Assembly (NCBI GenBank): GCA_951406725.2
Contig: OX597821.1
Coordinates: forward strand, 55,304,001-55,368,000
Length of the DNA stretch: 64,000 nt
DNA from: Octopus vulgaris
Lineage: Eukaryota
Direction of reading: 5' to 3'
Below are positions 14,410 to 28,810 of the stretch, in pieces. The notes under the pieces are model-generated. The model saw only the letters and a program-made list of their open reading frames with translations. It was not told where the DNA came from and made no database searches. A program made the position numbers and the translations under genes. Each line of letters begins with the position of its first letter. Within the stretch, counting starts at the first letter, position 1.

Positions 14410-15323
14410 CCACCCCTCTCTCTCTCTCTCTCTCGTTTACTTGTAGTCCTTACATACAAGTTGCAATGCGTATGTGCAGTTATATATAACAGTATGAGCG
14501 TACGTTGTTTGATACGTACAGTTGCACTTAGGCGTTGTATCCATTCACAGTTAGACGGTGATGAGAGGAACAAACACACACCCACATATATATATATGTG
14601 TGTGTGCGTCTATACAAACATATATGTGAATATGTATACAACCTTCAACAAAGTAACAGTCATGTACATAACTTGGACGGACACATGCCAGTACACGGAC
14701 ATACGTTCACATACAGATACACATGTACACACTCTCACAGACACGTCTGCCCATTCTCCTAGACACTCACATACATACGTAGCACATGAGTACAAACATA
14801 CATACATACCTACGTATGGGCATACACACGTACATACGCACGTACATGTACACACACACACATACATGGGCACATGCATACGTGCGCGTATACATACATA
14901 CGCACATACATACATACATACGCACAATAGTAAAACAAAAGTTCTGTGATATAGAGATAAATATCTGATAATAGGTTTTAGGGTATAGTTTTGGGAGTAA
15001 GGGTCGTAAATCACTTCCAGGCTTCGGCCGTGGGAAGTTGAAATTTGATATTATTGTGATGAGTGGTCACTCTACATCTATCCATCGCTACAAGTTTATA
15101 GCTTTATGTTTATAGTGTGTATGTGCGTGCATATACACACACATACATATATACATACATACATACATACATACATACATACATACATACATACATGCAT
15201 ACACAGGCGTATGTACGTGCATGCATACGTACATACATACACACATGTATACATACATACACACATACATACGTACATATATATGACGAACTAACTGTTA
15301 CTTTCTCAGATGCAGCACGAATT

Positions 15324-15373
15324 TTTGTCAGTGAACAGGTCGCGGATTTTAGCGACGAAAATATTTTGACAAA
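15324..15373 (+). ncRNA. Minimal hammerhead-like motif, G3-C8 variant
   Basis: tttgtca-GTGAACA-g-gtcgc(ggatttta)gcgac-GAAA-atattt-tgacaaa; same strand as, and downstream of, the GIY-YIG fragment. Confidence 0.72.
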
Positions 15374-15457
15374 TTAAACTTAAATGTTGAAGTGAATCGA
15401 ACGGCTTTTGTGTGTTTCTTAAATGGCTTATAAACACCTTCCACGCTGCAATTGTAA

Positions 15458-15562
<105 letters not shown>

Positions 15563-16219
15563 CACACACATATATGTGTATGTATATGTGTGTGTGCTGT
15601 GTATGTATGTATGTATATCTATGTGTGTATGTGTGCTTAATGTGTGTATTTATGTGAGTTTATCAAGGAATGCTGACATTTGAAATTGCAAGTAATCTTT
15701 ATTTCATTTATCTCTTGTCTCTATGAAGTATTTACTATTTGAAGTTTAAATATGATTAAAATACAATTACCTTATTTGATTGTATTTCAAAAATATATAT
15801 CTCGAATAAAACGGCGTAAAGAGATATTTATTTAAATTCTTACTTACGAAAGACGTTTCATGATTAGGATGAATTATTTTATCACTCTTTTCTTAATACA
15901 GTTAAAATTGCTAACATCTTTACATTCGTGGGTATTTGAAGTATTGCGAACTAGAGGTAAGAAGTGTTTAGTAAGACACTGCTAAGTAAGTTGGACATAA
16001 TGGAGTGAAAACATACAAAATAAAAACAAGAGATATGAAATGAAATTTATACTTTTAAATGATGCTTTGATATTTTGACAGTAAAAAGCCTTTGAACAAG
16101 AAGAGAGGTGATTAAGCGTAGTTCTGATATGCCAAGTAAATGTGAAGACTAATAGATTTATTTCATCCAATTATAATGCCTGTTTGAACTACAGTATTAT
16201 TTTTTTATCTCTAATATTT

Positions 16220-16458
16220 TTTAGTCAATGGACTGCAGTCATATTGGAGCACCGTCTTGAAGTGTATTAGCCAAACATTACTTACTTTTTCTTAAAATCT
16301 TGTATTTATTCTATCGGTCTTTTTTGCCGAACCGCTACGTTAGGATGACGTAAACTAAGACCGGTTGTCAAGCAGTTGTAGGGAAACGAATACAGACACA
16401 AAGACATATACACATTCATCTCAAACGTAAATTATACCCTCGCTATCTATACACGTAC

Positions 16459-16502
<44 letters not shown>

Positions 16503-16616
16503 ACACCGGTTGTCAAGCAGTTGTAGAGAGACGAATACAGACCCAAAGACATATACGCATTCATCTCAAACGTAAATTCTACCCTCGCCATCTATATACA
16601 TACATATGAGTGTGTG

Positions 16617-16654
<38 letters not shown>

Positions 16655-16860
16655 ACTATGTACATGTATGTATATATGTTTGTACATGTATGTATGTATG
16701 TATGTGTGTATGTATGTATGTATGGACTTTTGTATGTATGTATGTATGTATGCATGTATCCGACACGATCCCCCAAGAAATTGCTCTCTCCCAAATTCTC
16801 TCACAAGGTACAGTTCATCCTGAGGCTATAGCAAAAAACACTTGTCCAAGGTGATGCTCA
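16220..16860 (-). mobile_element. Decayed SINE family B copy with internal direct duplication
   Basis: Matches the reverse complement of the family B copy at 49301; block accggttgtcaagcagttgtag...ctcaaacgtaaatt duplicated at about 16360 and 16505. Confidence 0.6.
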
Positions 16861-17349
16861 GAAAGGACATTTATGTGATCGTTGCTTGCTATGATGGTTG
16901 TCAAATGATTTATGAAGAAATATGGTCTGGCGTTTGCTAAAGTCTGACTTGAGAAAAATTGTTTTAGTAACATGGAAGAATAGGTATCCGCATTTGCATA
17001 ACTGTAGATGATACATGGAAACAGCTATACAACAACGTTGGATATGCGAAAGTTAGAAAACGATATTCAATAACTGTAGTAGCGTTTATTTTACTTGAAT
17101 CTACTGATACATAGCAGGGCTGCTCTCTTGCGTGCGTTCAACAAGACGAACATTTATACAGGAGAGAAACTGAAAGTAGTGTGGAAAAGAATCACCAAAT
17201 TCGAAAAAAATAACGCATTTATATTACATCAATGTACTTGTGTGTGTGTGAAAATGCATGTTTGACTGCCTGTGTGTCAGTGTATGTATGTAAATATATA
17301 TAAAGATATTTAATAATCATCCCAATAAACTTACTGCCCAAATGCACAC

Positions 17350-17397
17350 AGTAAATAAACTAGTTTTACCAGTCATTGCCAGCTCATCAGGTTTACT
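17350..17397 (-). ncRNA. Decayed minimal hammerhead ribozyme (canonical CUGAUGA)
   Basis: Minus agtaaac-CTGATGA-gctggcaatgactggt-aaaa-ctag-ttt-atttact; stem II and GAAA are damaged in a way consistent with CpG decay. Confidence 0.4.
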
Positions 17398-18039
17398 ATA
17401 TTCGGTCTACAAATAGAGAGTGGGAAAGAGGGAGGAAGAGACAGTATCATACAAGTACTTATTACTTATGAAGGATGCGGTAAACAACAGGTCCTGCTTT
17501 TGTTCATTTTTATAAAAATGTATTATGTAAACGATACATACATTGTCGACTTATTTAATATAGCCATATATACATTGTTTGATCGTATTAAATTGCCTCT
17601 TAATCATTACAGAAACAATGTTAATACAGACCTTACGTATCAATACATTATCTAATTCATGTGTTGTAGGTAATAATTAAAAAGATCTCTGGCGGCATAG
17701 ACTATTGAGATTAGTGGTTGAGTTATTTCGTTTCTTGTGTATATTAAGAGAAAAATGACATGCACCTGTGTATTTCATATCACTACTGTTGATGATACAG
17801 ATGTGCGGAGAGAGAGAGAGAGAGGTGGGGGCGGAGAGTAGAGGAATGGAAGAAATAAGGCTAAGGAAGAAGACATTGGGGTATATAGATAGTGATGATG
17901 ACGACGACGACTATGATGATTTAGTTATTTACTGTAGTACTGTAACGACGAGACTATAGGATGTGGGTATACACCGCTGTAACAATGCGCTTCCTTGCAG
18001 TGTGGCAGCCTTGAAACAATACCAACCTTACTGACTAAG

Positions 18040-18210
18040 CGGCAGGCTAAAATTCTGCGGAATGGGACGCCAGTCAATGCGCAAGGTTGCCCATTTACAA
18101 CGTAGTGGACTAAAGCAACGTGAAATGAAGTGTTTTGCTTAAGACCACAAGGCAACCCAAGTCTGGGAATCGAAACCACGATCACAAGATCGTGAGAGCG
18201 ACCACACCAT
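18040..18210 (-). mobile_element. tRNA-derived SINE (family C)
   Basis: Minus strand gtgtggtcgctctcacgatcttgtgatcgtggtttcgattcccagac has a tRNA B-box-like motif, similar to the copy at 48437. Confidence 0.55.
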
Positions 18211-19479
18211 CATTCTCTCGGGCATTTTTCGTCTAATATGGCTTTCTTGTTTTCAAGAGAGTAGGGTGTAATTGTAAGATCACTGGGTCGCTATTTCTAA
18301 CAAATGGTGACCATATACACGCTCCTCACTTGTAAGAGTTGTTGTTTATCTCTAGGTCGTCCCTAATTGATGAAACCTATAGTCAAAGGTATTCCGTCTA
18401 TCTCCTATGTGTTAGAGAACCCAAGAGTGCGTTTCCATTAGGATACTTTCGAAGACGATAGCGTATAGGTTGAAGGAATTCACGTTGTTACTTCAAGTAG
18501 ATTAAATGAGGCTCTTACATTATCATGTCGTTGTAGTCGTAATTACTTTAGGCAAATAACAGGTATTTAATGAGTTGTAGTAGAAAGAAACCCTCTGAGC
18601 AGTGGTCAGAGAATATTTTTTGTAACACCTTTAATTGACCCTCTGGCGTCCTCATCAAAGTTCACTGTTACAAGCGTAGGGTCAGGTGTCACATATGAGG
18701 TTAACTCATATGCCAGCTTTCTCTCTCTTCCCCCAACCCCAACTACAAGACTCTACAATAAATCTATGAGTGCTGCACATACTCCTAAATAATTATACAT
18801 GAAATGATTCTGTTGGTCAGGTTTGTTAATAATGCATCCAAAGAAAATATTTACAAAATTTTTATTTAAACTACATTCGACAAATCCTACTGCTATCAAA
18901 AATCTTATTTCTACATATGTATTGGTCGTGGAATGAATTCGAACGATTAATGTTTACATCTAGATTAACAGGTTAATATATTTAATTTTTTATACTCTGC
19001 AATGTGTACATAAGCTCAGGAACGGTTAAACACGATGCAAGACAGGAAATGTGTAATAATAATGAAATAATTTTATAGAATTTATACAAAAATCCCTGGA
19101 AAATCGAAGAAAATAAATATATTAGTTGTTGGTTGTTCAAATAAGAAACACCGACATTCACAAACCGTCATTACTGTTAAAAATCGTTTGGAAATTGTTT
19201 AACAGATTAAGCGTTTTTAGTTCGATTGAAGCCATTGACCATCGGAAAATCTTTACGTAGTAGATCGACCTGCTTAAAAAAAACAAACTACCAGTTCTAT
19301 ATGAAACCATACCCTGTCTTTTTTAAAAGGTAGGTCTACCTTCTATAATCTACCTTCTATAATGTAGTATTCGAGTGGGAATGTTTGTGATAAATATACA
19401 GCGAAGAAAAAAGATGAATTGACATAACCTAAATGCCAGCTCGGCCTGAGCTTACCTGGAACCAAACAGCAACAACTTA

Positions 19480-19700
19480 CACTAAGGTCTATCATGAGCC
19501 CTATGACTTATAACGCTGAACTGGACATCAGTCCTTTGCAGGGCTAACTTCCTAGCTATTACTCGGTTACAACAGCGTGGACTGGAACAACGTGGAATGA
19601 AGTGCTTAGCTGAAGAATACAAGGTAATACTCGTACAGGTAATCGAAACTACAATCATACGATCATAAGCGTCACACGTTAACTACTAGGGCATACACCT
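19480..19700 (-). mobile_element. Decayed tRNA-derived SINE (family C-like)
   Basis: Minus gtatgccctagtagttaacgtgtgac..gattgtagtttcgattacc: tRNA-like head. Confidence 0.45.
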
Positions 19701-19989
19701 TCACAACAACGAAACATATAAAAATATGACATGACACTGATCGAACCAAATGTAGCTTGTAATCTTCCAATACACAAAATTCTTAACATGGAAAATGATA
19801 ATTATATTAACACCAAAACATTGCTGACAAACATTCTGACGTTTTTTTATGTATGTGTATTTTATCCGTGTAACATCTTTCAATGTTTGGGAATTTATCA
19901 TAAATACATATTCCATAAGAATTTTGCACATAAAAAACATTGAATAGAAAAATAAGACTGCGTTACAAGATTTTCATATATATATATAC

Positions 19990-20064
<75 letters not shown>

Positions 20065-20091
20065 TTTATATATGTATATAATATTCCCTCA

Positions 20092-20159
<68 letters not shown>

Positions 20160-20248
20160 AGACATTTTCTATTCCTGAGCGTTATACTAACACATCTGTT
20201 TGTTTTGTACACCACCTGTCTTCGTCTTTTGTTTTTTTCGTAAACTCT

Positions 20249-20293
<45 letters not shown>

Positions 20294-20297
20294 CCTA

Positions 20298-20389
<92 letters not shown>

Positions 20390-21184
20390 TTGTCTTTGCT
20401 TAGGAAGTATTATTTCCTTGTTGGTTCTGTTTAGAAATCGAAGGAAATTACTACTATTCCCGTCAAATTTGCTCTTGTTACCTACACATCAATGGTTCGA
20501 CACTGACCTATTTTCCATTACATTTCAGAAGCAACAAAATCGTTATAGCAAATATTCACAGATTTGCTCGTCAGTTGCTTCACTTTAACCAACTGAACAT
20601 GTCCCTTAGTAGCTGACAATATGTGCGTCTCTGATCAGGATTTGGAGTAGTGGGGGAGCATCATAGCCATATGATGAGAGGGATTTTTGTCGGGTCTGAA
20701 CAAGTATACCAACAGCAACATTGAAAGAAATATGAAGCATTTTTCATATTTTCTAGGGGAAAGCAAATAGGAAATAACAGTAGCTACCAAAAGACAAAAG
20801 TCGTGTTACACAGTGACGGATATTCCTTCATTTCCTGATCTTATATGCGAAACACTAGCAAACTTAATACGTCCGTGGTTTTCACACCCATACATGATTC
20901 TTGAATACATTCATCATTGATGCCAGCATTCGAAGGAGTACATCTTCCTGACAATAATGTCCTATCATCCTCCTACCATTTTTAATGATCTTTGAAGTAG
21001 CCAAAGAAGCTACCTATTCCTTCTCATACTGTTATTACATCAGCTAAGAAAAAATGAAAATAAAGTACAGAACGTTGAAATATTATTTGAATATTATGAA
21101 GATAACGAAGGAAAACAGGTCTGTGCATTTGTTAGTATGTATGTATCTCTATCCATATGTCTATCTATAACTATATCTATATCT

Positions 21185-21310
21185 ACCAACCACATGGTTT
21201 CGGGTTCAGTCCCACTGCGTGGCACCTTGGGTTAGTGTATTCTACTATAGCCTTGGGCCGACCAAAGCCTTGTGAGTGGATTTGGTAGATGGAAACTGAA
21301 ATAAGCCCGT

Positions 21311-21359
<49 letters not shown>

Positions 21360-21507
21360 TATTATATATATGTATATATATATATATATATATAATCTCT
21401 CTTTTATATTTTGATAAGCATAACAAATGCGCAACCGGTAAAAAGAATTTTCACCTAATTAAATTACTTAAATTACTTCAATTATTTGTCAGCATTTTCT
21501 TCATTTC

Positions 21508-21577
<70 letters not shown>

Positions 21578-21785
21578 CGTATGTTTGTGTCTGTGTTTGT
21601 CTCCCCAACATCGCTTGACAACCGATGCTGGTATGTTTACGTCCCCGTAACTTAGCGGTTCGGCAAAAGAGACGACCGATAGAATAAGTAATAGGCTTAA
21701 AAAGAATAAGTCCTAGGGTCGATTTGTTCGACTAAAGGCGGTGCCCCAGCATAGCCGCAGTCAAATGACTGAAACAAGTATAAGT
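21185..21785 (+). mobile_element. SINE family B (tRNA-like head, internal microsatellite, conserved 3' body)
   Basis: ccaaccacatggtttcgggttcagtcccactgcgtggcacc... and gcttgacaaccgatgctgg...gcagtcaaatgactgaaacaag shared with copies at 49.3 and 59.6 kb. Confidence 0.8.
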
Positions 21786-22636
21786 GTAAAGCGTAATATA
21801 TATATATATACAACATACATACATATAATTGTGTGTGCGTGTGTGTGTGTGTGTGTGCGTGCGTGTGCGCGCGCAGATGTTGCGTATGTGAAGTGGATAG
21901 AAAGTATCACTGATTGATGGTTAGTAAACCGTGATGATAGCGATATAGAAGTTCCAATAGAACATATATGCATGCAGAGGCGGACGTAGACGCGAGCCTA
22001 TAGATTCACACTAACATCGGGACTAAGAATATTTTTCTTTCAATAAAAAATACAATGACGCTCAACAGGTGATTAGAATGAGCAAAGTGTATTATGATAA
22101 TTGTGACTATGGATACGATGATATTGGCAGAAGCGTCATACAACGGATAGAGATGGAGAACTATGCAAAAATTGTGTTAATTGTGCCTGGATTATTATTG
22201 AATAGCAAGTTGGAAAAATACTATTAAAAATGGTTGTATTGAAACTGTAATTCTGCTGACAGGGGATCTAATTAGCTGACACGAGCACGCGTGTAGGAAT
22301 GTAGGAATACTCTTAAAATTGTGTGTGTGTGTATGTGTGTGAAAATGCATATATATTCATGCATACAAAATATGTATAAACACAGAGAGAGAGAGAGATG
22401 TAGAGATATATTTAATTACTTACAATTATGTATTTATGTTGGCATGGCGCACACGCATAAAACTTTCTATGTGCACACATGTACACACACACACACACAC
22501 TTCCACACACGCACAGCAGGCATATATATATACATATATATATATATATATGTATATACATACATACTTATATATATATATATACATACTTATATATATA
22601 TACATACATATATATATATATGTATATACATACATA

Positions 22637-22693
<57 letters not shown>

Positions 22694-22780
22694 GTGTTTA
22701 TATATGTATCTATATATAAACACATATGATTATGTATAGGTTTGTATGTCTGTATATATATATAGATAGATAGATAGATA

Positions 22781-22838
<58 letters not shown>

Positions 22839-23894
22839 TATACACATGCATTTACATATATAGATTTTGCCTACAATCATTTTTGTACTATAGTATTTGT
22901 CAGTGTACATATGTGTGTGAAAGAATGCTTGTGTTTGGGTTTATATTATCTACATGCACATAAAGTGCATAATTAATTCCATGAAAGAATTAATTCCATA
23001 ATCACGAAAACTTTTCCAACGAATTCCGCTGGATGACTCATTAGTGAATTTTATCTTCTATATGAAATATGAATTAAGTATACTAGTTCTGCACAAAAAT
23101 TTATAGATAAATATTTTCATCTACCCCAACTGTTACAATGTCAACAAAATTATGGTCGTTCCCACCTGTAAGATGATACTTGAAAATTCGGAACATGGAG
23201 TCGTGTTATAGCTAGAGTCTTAAATTTGGATAAGGTAAAAGGAAATGAATGCCGAATTGTGCGTAGAACGTCGCATATAACTTGTGCAATATCTATTTCT
23301 TTTCTCTGACCCGAATTCCAATCCTGCCGTGATAAATTTTGCCTTTCGTCGTTGTATGTTCTATAAATAGATTACCACCACATCGTTGGAACAACAACCT
23401 TTCGCTTCAATCATTTCATCCTGCATTTTCTGCTGAATCAAAGTGTAATTGTTGAACGAATATAAGGGGATATTAGCTAATTCTTGTTTTATTATAAGTG
23501 TGCAGCTGAACAAGGACCTTAAGTTATATATTATGAATATTTTCCTACATCTATAGGAAAAATGTTTATCCCCTAACCTAAGAAAGGTTCTACTTAACCT
23601 TGCAGATTTTTGTGTTAAATAAGAAAACGGGGGGACCATTTGCTTCTCAAGGGCCAGATATTTAGGTAATAAGATCTTTAAACTCGTCATAGGAGGGTCC
23701 ACTGCATGGTAGATAGGTTTGAGATTCTCTCATCGACACTTTTGTTTTTGAAACGCTATATGTGGTTGGCAGGAAGCTGTGTCGAAGTACGAGAGAGAGT
23801 TAAAAATTATGCTCACTCTGGTTTTATTCAATGTATTTGCACAAAAGCAGGTGATAAACAAATACGTCATTTTTCTATATAGTAGCCTTCCTTT

Positions 23895-24860
23895 TCGATT
23901 CACTTGGCCTGGCACCTCTCAAGCTTGCGTATTCCCTCCAAGAAGAAGGCTTTTGGTTAGTCATGCAACCACTTATGCACCGATTCCCTCACATCTTCAT
24001 CCGTAGGAAATCGACGACCTCGTAAAGCGTCTTTGAGTGGTTCAAAGATATGATAGTCGGATGGGGCGAGATCTGTTAGCAGGGTGTTCCATCACTTCAA
24101 AACTCAATTGGTTAATAGTTTCAACGGCTTGGGCGGCAATGTGTTGGCGTGCATTGTCATGCAACAACAAAACTTACTGCGACAATAGGCTTCGGCGTTT
24201 GGTGCAAATTTCTGGCTACAGTTTGTTGGCCAGCAAAGCACTGTATTTTGCACTGTTGATTGTACACCCCTTTTCCAGGTAGTATTCCAGTATAAGCCCT
24301 TTTGAGTCCCAAAAAGGGTTAGCATCACCTTTCCCGCAGAAGACTAAGTCTTGGATTTCTTAGTCGCTTGAAGGCCAGGATGTTCCCACTCCATACTCTG
24401 TATTTTGTATTCTGCCTCATAATGATGAACCAATGTTTCATCTCCTGTGACAATTTTTCCCCAAAATTCGTCGCCCCCATTGTTGTAGCGATCGAGTAAA
24501 CGTTGGCAGACCTCAAGACGTTTGTGCTTGTGCTCTGCAGTAAGCTCTCTTAGCACCCATATTGCACAGACTTTACGGAAGCCGAGCTCATCGTGGATGA
24601 TTTGATTGACAGAATCATGACTAACTTTCCTATCAGAGAAATCGGATCACTGCTCTTTGTTCTTCTTTGGCGTACATTGCTAGTGGAGCGGCCATGCTTA
24701 CACTGTAAAGCCAGGAAGAAAAATGGCATGATCAGGCTCTAATTTCGATCATGGGACCACAATAGTGCCGGCTATAAGCACTCATGCGCAGAAGGCAGTG
24801 TGACAATAATAAAGATATGTTATGGTAAAAGTACGGATAAGTTTTGACTTGCCTACCTAC
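23895..24860 (-). mobile_element. Decayed mariner transposon (second subfamily)
   Basis: KVCAIWVLRELTAEHKHKRLEVCQRLLDRY..IVTGDETLVHHYEAEYKIQSMEW (WVPHEL-like and GDETW-like motifs) and DLAPSDYHIF near 24050-24075; ends approximate. Confidence 0.85.
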
Positions 24861-27800
24861 AATAGCCTCTTGTTTGGTTTCAGTAGGACCTGTATGAACC
24901 TGTGCCTAAAGGAAGTGCAACATCTAAGAAGTCAACACTAGATAGGTTTCCATGATAACCTTGAGCTCTAGAGAGGAAAAAGATGTGGTTTCGGTCTTCT
25001 TTAGTCTAATAGGGCTGTACTTTTCAACACCTCTAAAGATGGCTAAGGATTCGACTCTACATATGTCAAAGTGAGTTAAAGGAACTTTCTTATTTAGTGC
25101 ATCTAAGATAAAGAGATCTGCAAATACTAGATATCAATTTGAATGACCGTCGTCACTTCGAAGCAACATTCAGGGTCTTTTTGGTTGACCCGGATTGAAT
25201 CATTATTGAGCATCTAGATTTTTTAGATTTGCTTTATTATTATCTAAATCTCTGTTGACAATTTCCATAAAAACTATAGTAAAATTATTACTGTTAAACC
25301 TTATTTAACAGTCCACTCGACAAAGATAGAAAAAAAGTCCACTATAACGAACTGAGTGTTCCTTGTTCTGCCATGGTTTGCTTTTAACCAAGCAATTAAA
25401 CACACACCCAATCTCTCTCTCCCTCTCTTTCTCTCTTTCTCTCGCTCTCTATCAGTAACTAACACCAATCTACCCAGAGGTGTTTTTTTTTACATGTAGT
25501 TAAAATGCCTCTAATGTGCGCTTATAAAAAAAAAGAAAAAGAAAACAGCTGTAATGTACAACTTTTTTCTGAACATCCATCATGTTCACCATTGGTCTCA
25601 CGGACTTTTTTTACCAATCTAATTCTAAGGAAATCTCGAATTCTCTTCAACCTCGGTCCAATGTGTATCGTCTGCGCTGAATTTTACACTGAATTACTAT
25701 GAACTTCCGCCCTCCGATTTTCTTTGTTACCTGCTTTACTGATGTATATTTGTTCTCCCTTCTATACAGATGTTATATAAATGTGTTATAAAATGATTTG
25801 ATGCCTTGCCCCAACCTGCTCATATTTTCTATTATAGCTTTATCATCTCGATACTATAATGCACATATCTAGTTCCTATTTCTTTAGCTCCTGCATCCAT
25901 ACATTTAACATCTGAGTTTAAATTAACGTTCTTATCCTACACTTCCCTTAGTTCGTTCATCCCACTTTTATCCTTCACATTCTCTCTCACCTGAAATATC
26001 CCCTTCTACCTCTTCCCACGCACTATTCTTCATCTTTTCAATTCTCTATTTTTCTCCCACTCTCACCCAGTTTCTCTCGCATACGGCCTCCTTTTTAGAC
26101 AAGCACGTTCACGTTGTTTTGCGTTCGTCATCAGTTACAGACAGATTCTCATACTTAGAAGATGTATAATCTTATGTCTTTCTTTTAATTCTCTCTTGTC
26201 CTGTTTACCCTGAAGAAGGAATCTGCCCGAAGCATTGGGCATTTCACTCTCCACAATAAAGTCGCTGTATTCTTTCTGTCGCTTTCTATGAATAATTACA
26301 TGTCTCGACGACACAGATCATTAGCAGTCTCTCTGGATGTGTTCTATAACATACTCACCTGGATAATAAACAAATTTGTGAAATAATACAAAACACATGA
26401 AAAATAATGAATTTATAATAAGCCAAAAGGAAATAAATCAAAGTCTGACGTAGAATGATTAGATTTACAGGAATACAGGATGTGAGCCGCATTACTCAAA
26501 CAGATAACTATCATAAAACATTCACAATAGGACTGAAAATTTATCTAGACAGCCTCGAAACACAAACGAAAAGAAAAAAAGCAAAAAACTTTGCTTTTTA
26601 TTTTCATGTGAACCAACAATTGTTAAAGAGAATTTGAAGTCACAAAAATCGTGATAAGACACATAAACTGAGTTAAACTAGAGCTTAGGAATGCCATGCT
26701 AAAGTGAAAGCAGGTAGAGCTTTTATACTCTTGTATAGCTAATACCTGGTAAAAACAATATTATAGAAACCTGATAAGAAAAACAAGCAAAATGAACCAC
26801 AACACCGATTAATAAGCGAAGGAATCAATGTTGAAAATTTTAAAAAGTTCATAGCACTTTAGGGTCAAAAACATTACAATCTACGAATTGCATGTTAACA
26901 AGCGGAATACTTTAAATGACTGCAGAATATTGAAGATTGTGACTAAATATAATTACCTTGTCTCTGGCTGCGCAGTCATACCAAATACAAAATAAATCTA
27001 GAGACCTGGCAGGTTAGGGGATCGTGTCAGTATTGCGCTGGAAATTTTGTAGCAATATGAAATACTAACAGAAAAGAGATTTAAACATACATCCAGAAAA
27101 TTATAATTGGCCAGATATTAATGTCAAGGATCAGCAGAAAAAAATTGCATAAATTTAGAGATCTAGAAATATGTATAACCGGATCGTGGAGACTGAAAAC
27201 AGAAATATATCTATAAAATAGTTTGTATGTGTGTGTGTGTGTGTGTGTATCTGTGTGTCTGTGTGTCTGTGTGTGGTGCGTATGTTCTTATTTGTTTGTA
27301 ATCTACGTCACCAAATTTTGTGTTTTTGGTGTCAAAAAATACAACAATTTATAAAGTCTTACGAGTGCATTTATGATGCACTAAACGCTATTTGTCACGG
27401 GAAAATGAACAAACTCCTTACTTTTTCTGGCGCAATTATTGGCACATTTTCCGGACCACCCACCTCTGCTTTTTTTCCCAAAATATCTTCGGATTTCTAT
27501 GTTTTCGATGTAGGAAAATAGGATTTTTCCCAAAAATCAAGTTTTAAAAAATTTTATTTCCCCCTTCCCACTGCAGTTTCTTAATCCTAATCTCCTATAT
27601 CGAAAACATAGGAGCCCGAAGACATTTGGGGGTGGGGGAAAGGTGGGGCGCAAATGTCACCTCCGACATGTCACCTTCCTTTTAAGTTTATATCGATGAT
27701 CAGGCCTTTAAATACGCTCATCACAAACACAAATTACGAAATAATAAAAAAAATAGGTTGGTGGAGTTCTGATTGAACCACGTAATAAAACCCCTCATAT

Positions 27801-28599
27801 CTTCTTTTATATTTTTAAGAATTTTCTCAGAATCTTTCTCAAAATCTCCTGCATAATGGAATTAATATGATTATCTAATAAAAGATATTTTTAACTATTC
27901 CACCACCACTACCTCAGTAATTCCAAGACTCTCCACTGTTTTTCGATTTTTTTAAAGGGTTTTTCAGTTTCAAAATACGGATATTCCTATTCTACCATTC
28001 GTTTCTCTTTATAATGTCCAAATAATTTTTTGAATACTTCAAAATAAAAATTGTTGGGCATTTGTGTAAGAGAAGATTATTCACTAACAGGAAATTATGT
28101 TGCTTCAATAATTATTGCTGACGTATCTTTAAATTGTTGTGAGAAAACATTTACTTGCAGAGAATTATGTTGAGGAAATAAATTATATGTAACATATCTT
28201 TAAATTATTGCGGATAAAGTCTTAAAACTCGAAAACTTGCCCACGAAGTGTACAATCCAAATTTCAAATTGATTCTGAACTTCTCGCTAGGGGTCAGTTA
28301 TTTCTAAAGACACAGGGGTCTATTTTGTTAGAAATAAAGAGAGAATGCGTATTGTGTCATTCTTCCAATTTTCCCGGCAAAAGAAGTTTTTGCTTACTTG
28401 CAATATATGAAAACACACCAAAGAAGGGTCTCATGTATATTTATTCTACTAACACTAGCGGGAGTCACGCAAAACATAATTTACTCAGAAGCATTGTCGG
28501 CTTCAATGAACATTTACAGAAGTGTGCAGTCCGTCCAAACATTATAGGGATGGCGCTTTTCACAATGAAGCAGCTTTCTTTCCATGTACTTTACCTTCT

Positions 28600-28810
28600 T
28601 ATTTCTTTATTGCCCAAAACAAGGACAGACAAACGGATTAAGTCGATTATATCGACCCCAGCGCGTAACTGGTACTTAATTTATCAACCCCAAAATGATG
28701 AAAGGCAAAGTCGTCCTCGGTGGAATTTGAACGCAGAACGTAACGGCAGACGAAATACCGCTAAGCATTTCGCCCGGCGTGCTAGCGATTCTGCCAGCTC
28801 GCTGCCTTAT
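28600..28810 (-). mobile_element. SINE-like family A
   Basis: Reverse complement of the family A core (gatgaaaggcaaagtcgtcctcggtggaatttgaac..gaaataccgctaagcatttcgcc). Confidence 0.75.

Larger units (their letters stand above)
12981..15455 (+). mobile_element. 5'-truncated Penelope-like retroelement with an inverted copy of its 3' region (2.5-kb palindrome)
   Basis: Arms 13042-13890 and 14643-15455 are near-identical reverse complements; spacer holds a GIY-YIG coding fragment; (TA)n on both flanks; hammerhead-like motif in each arm. Confidence 0.88.
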
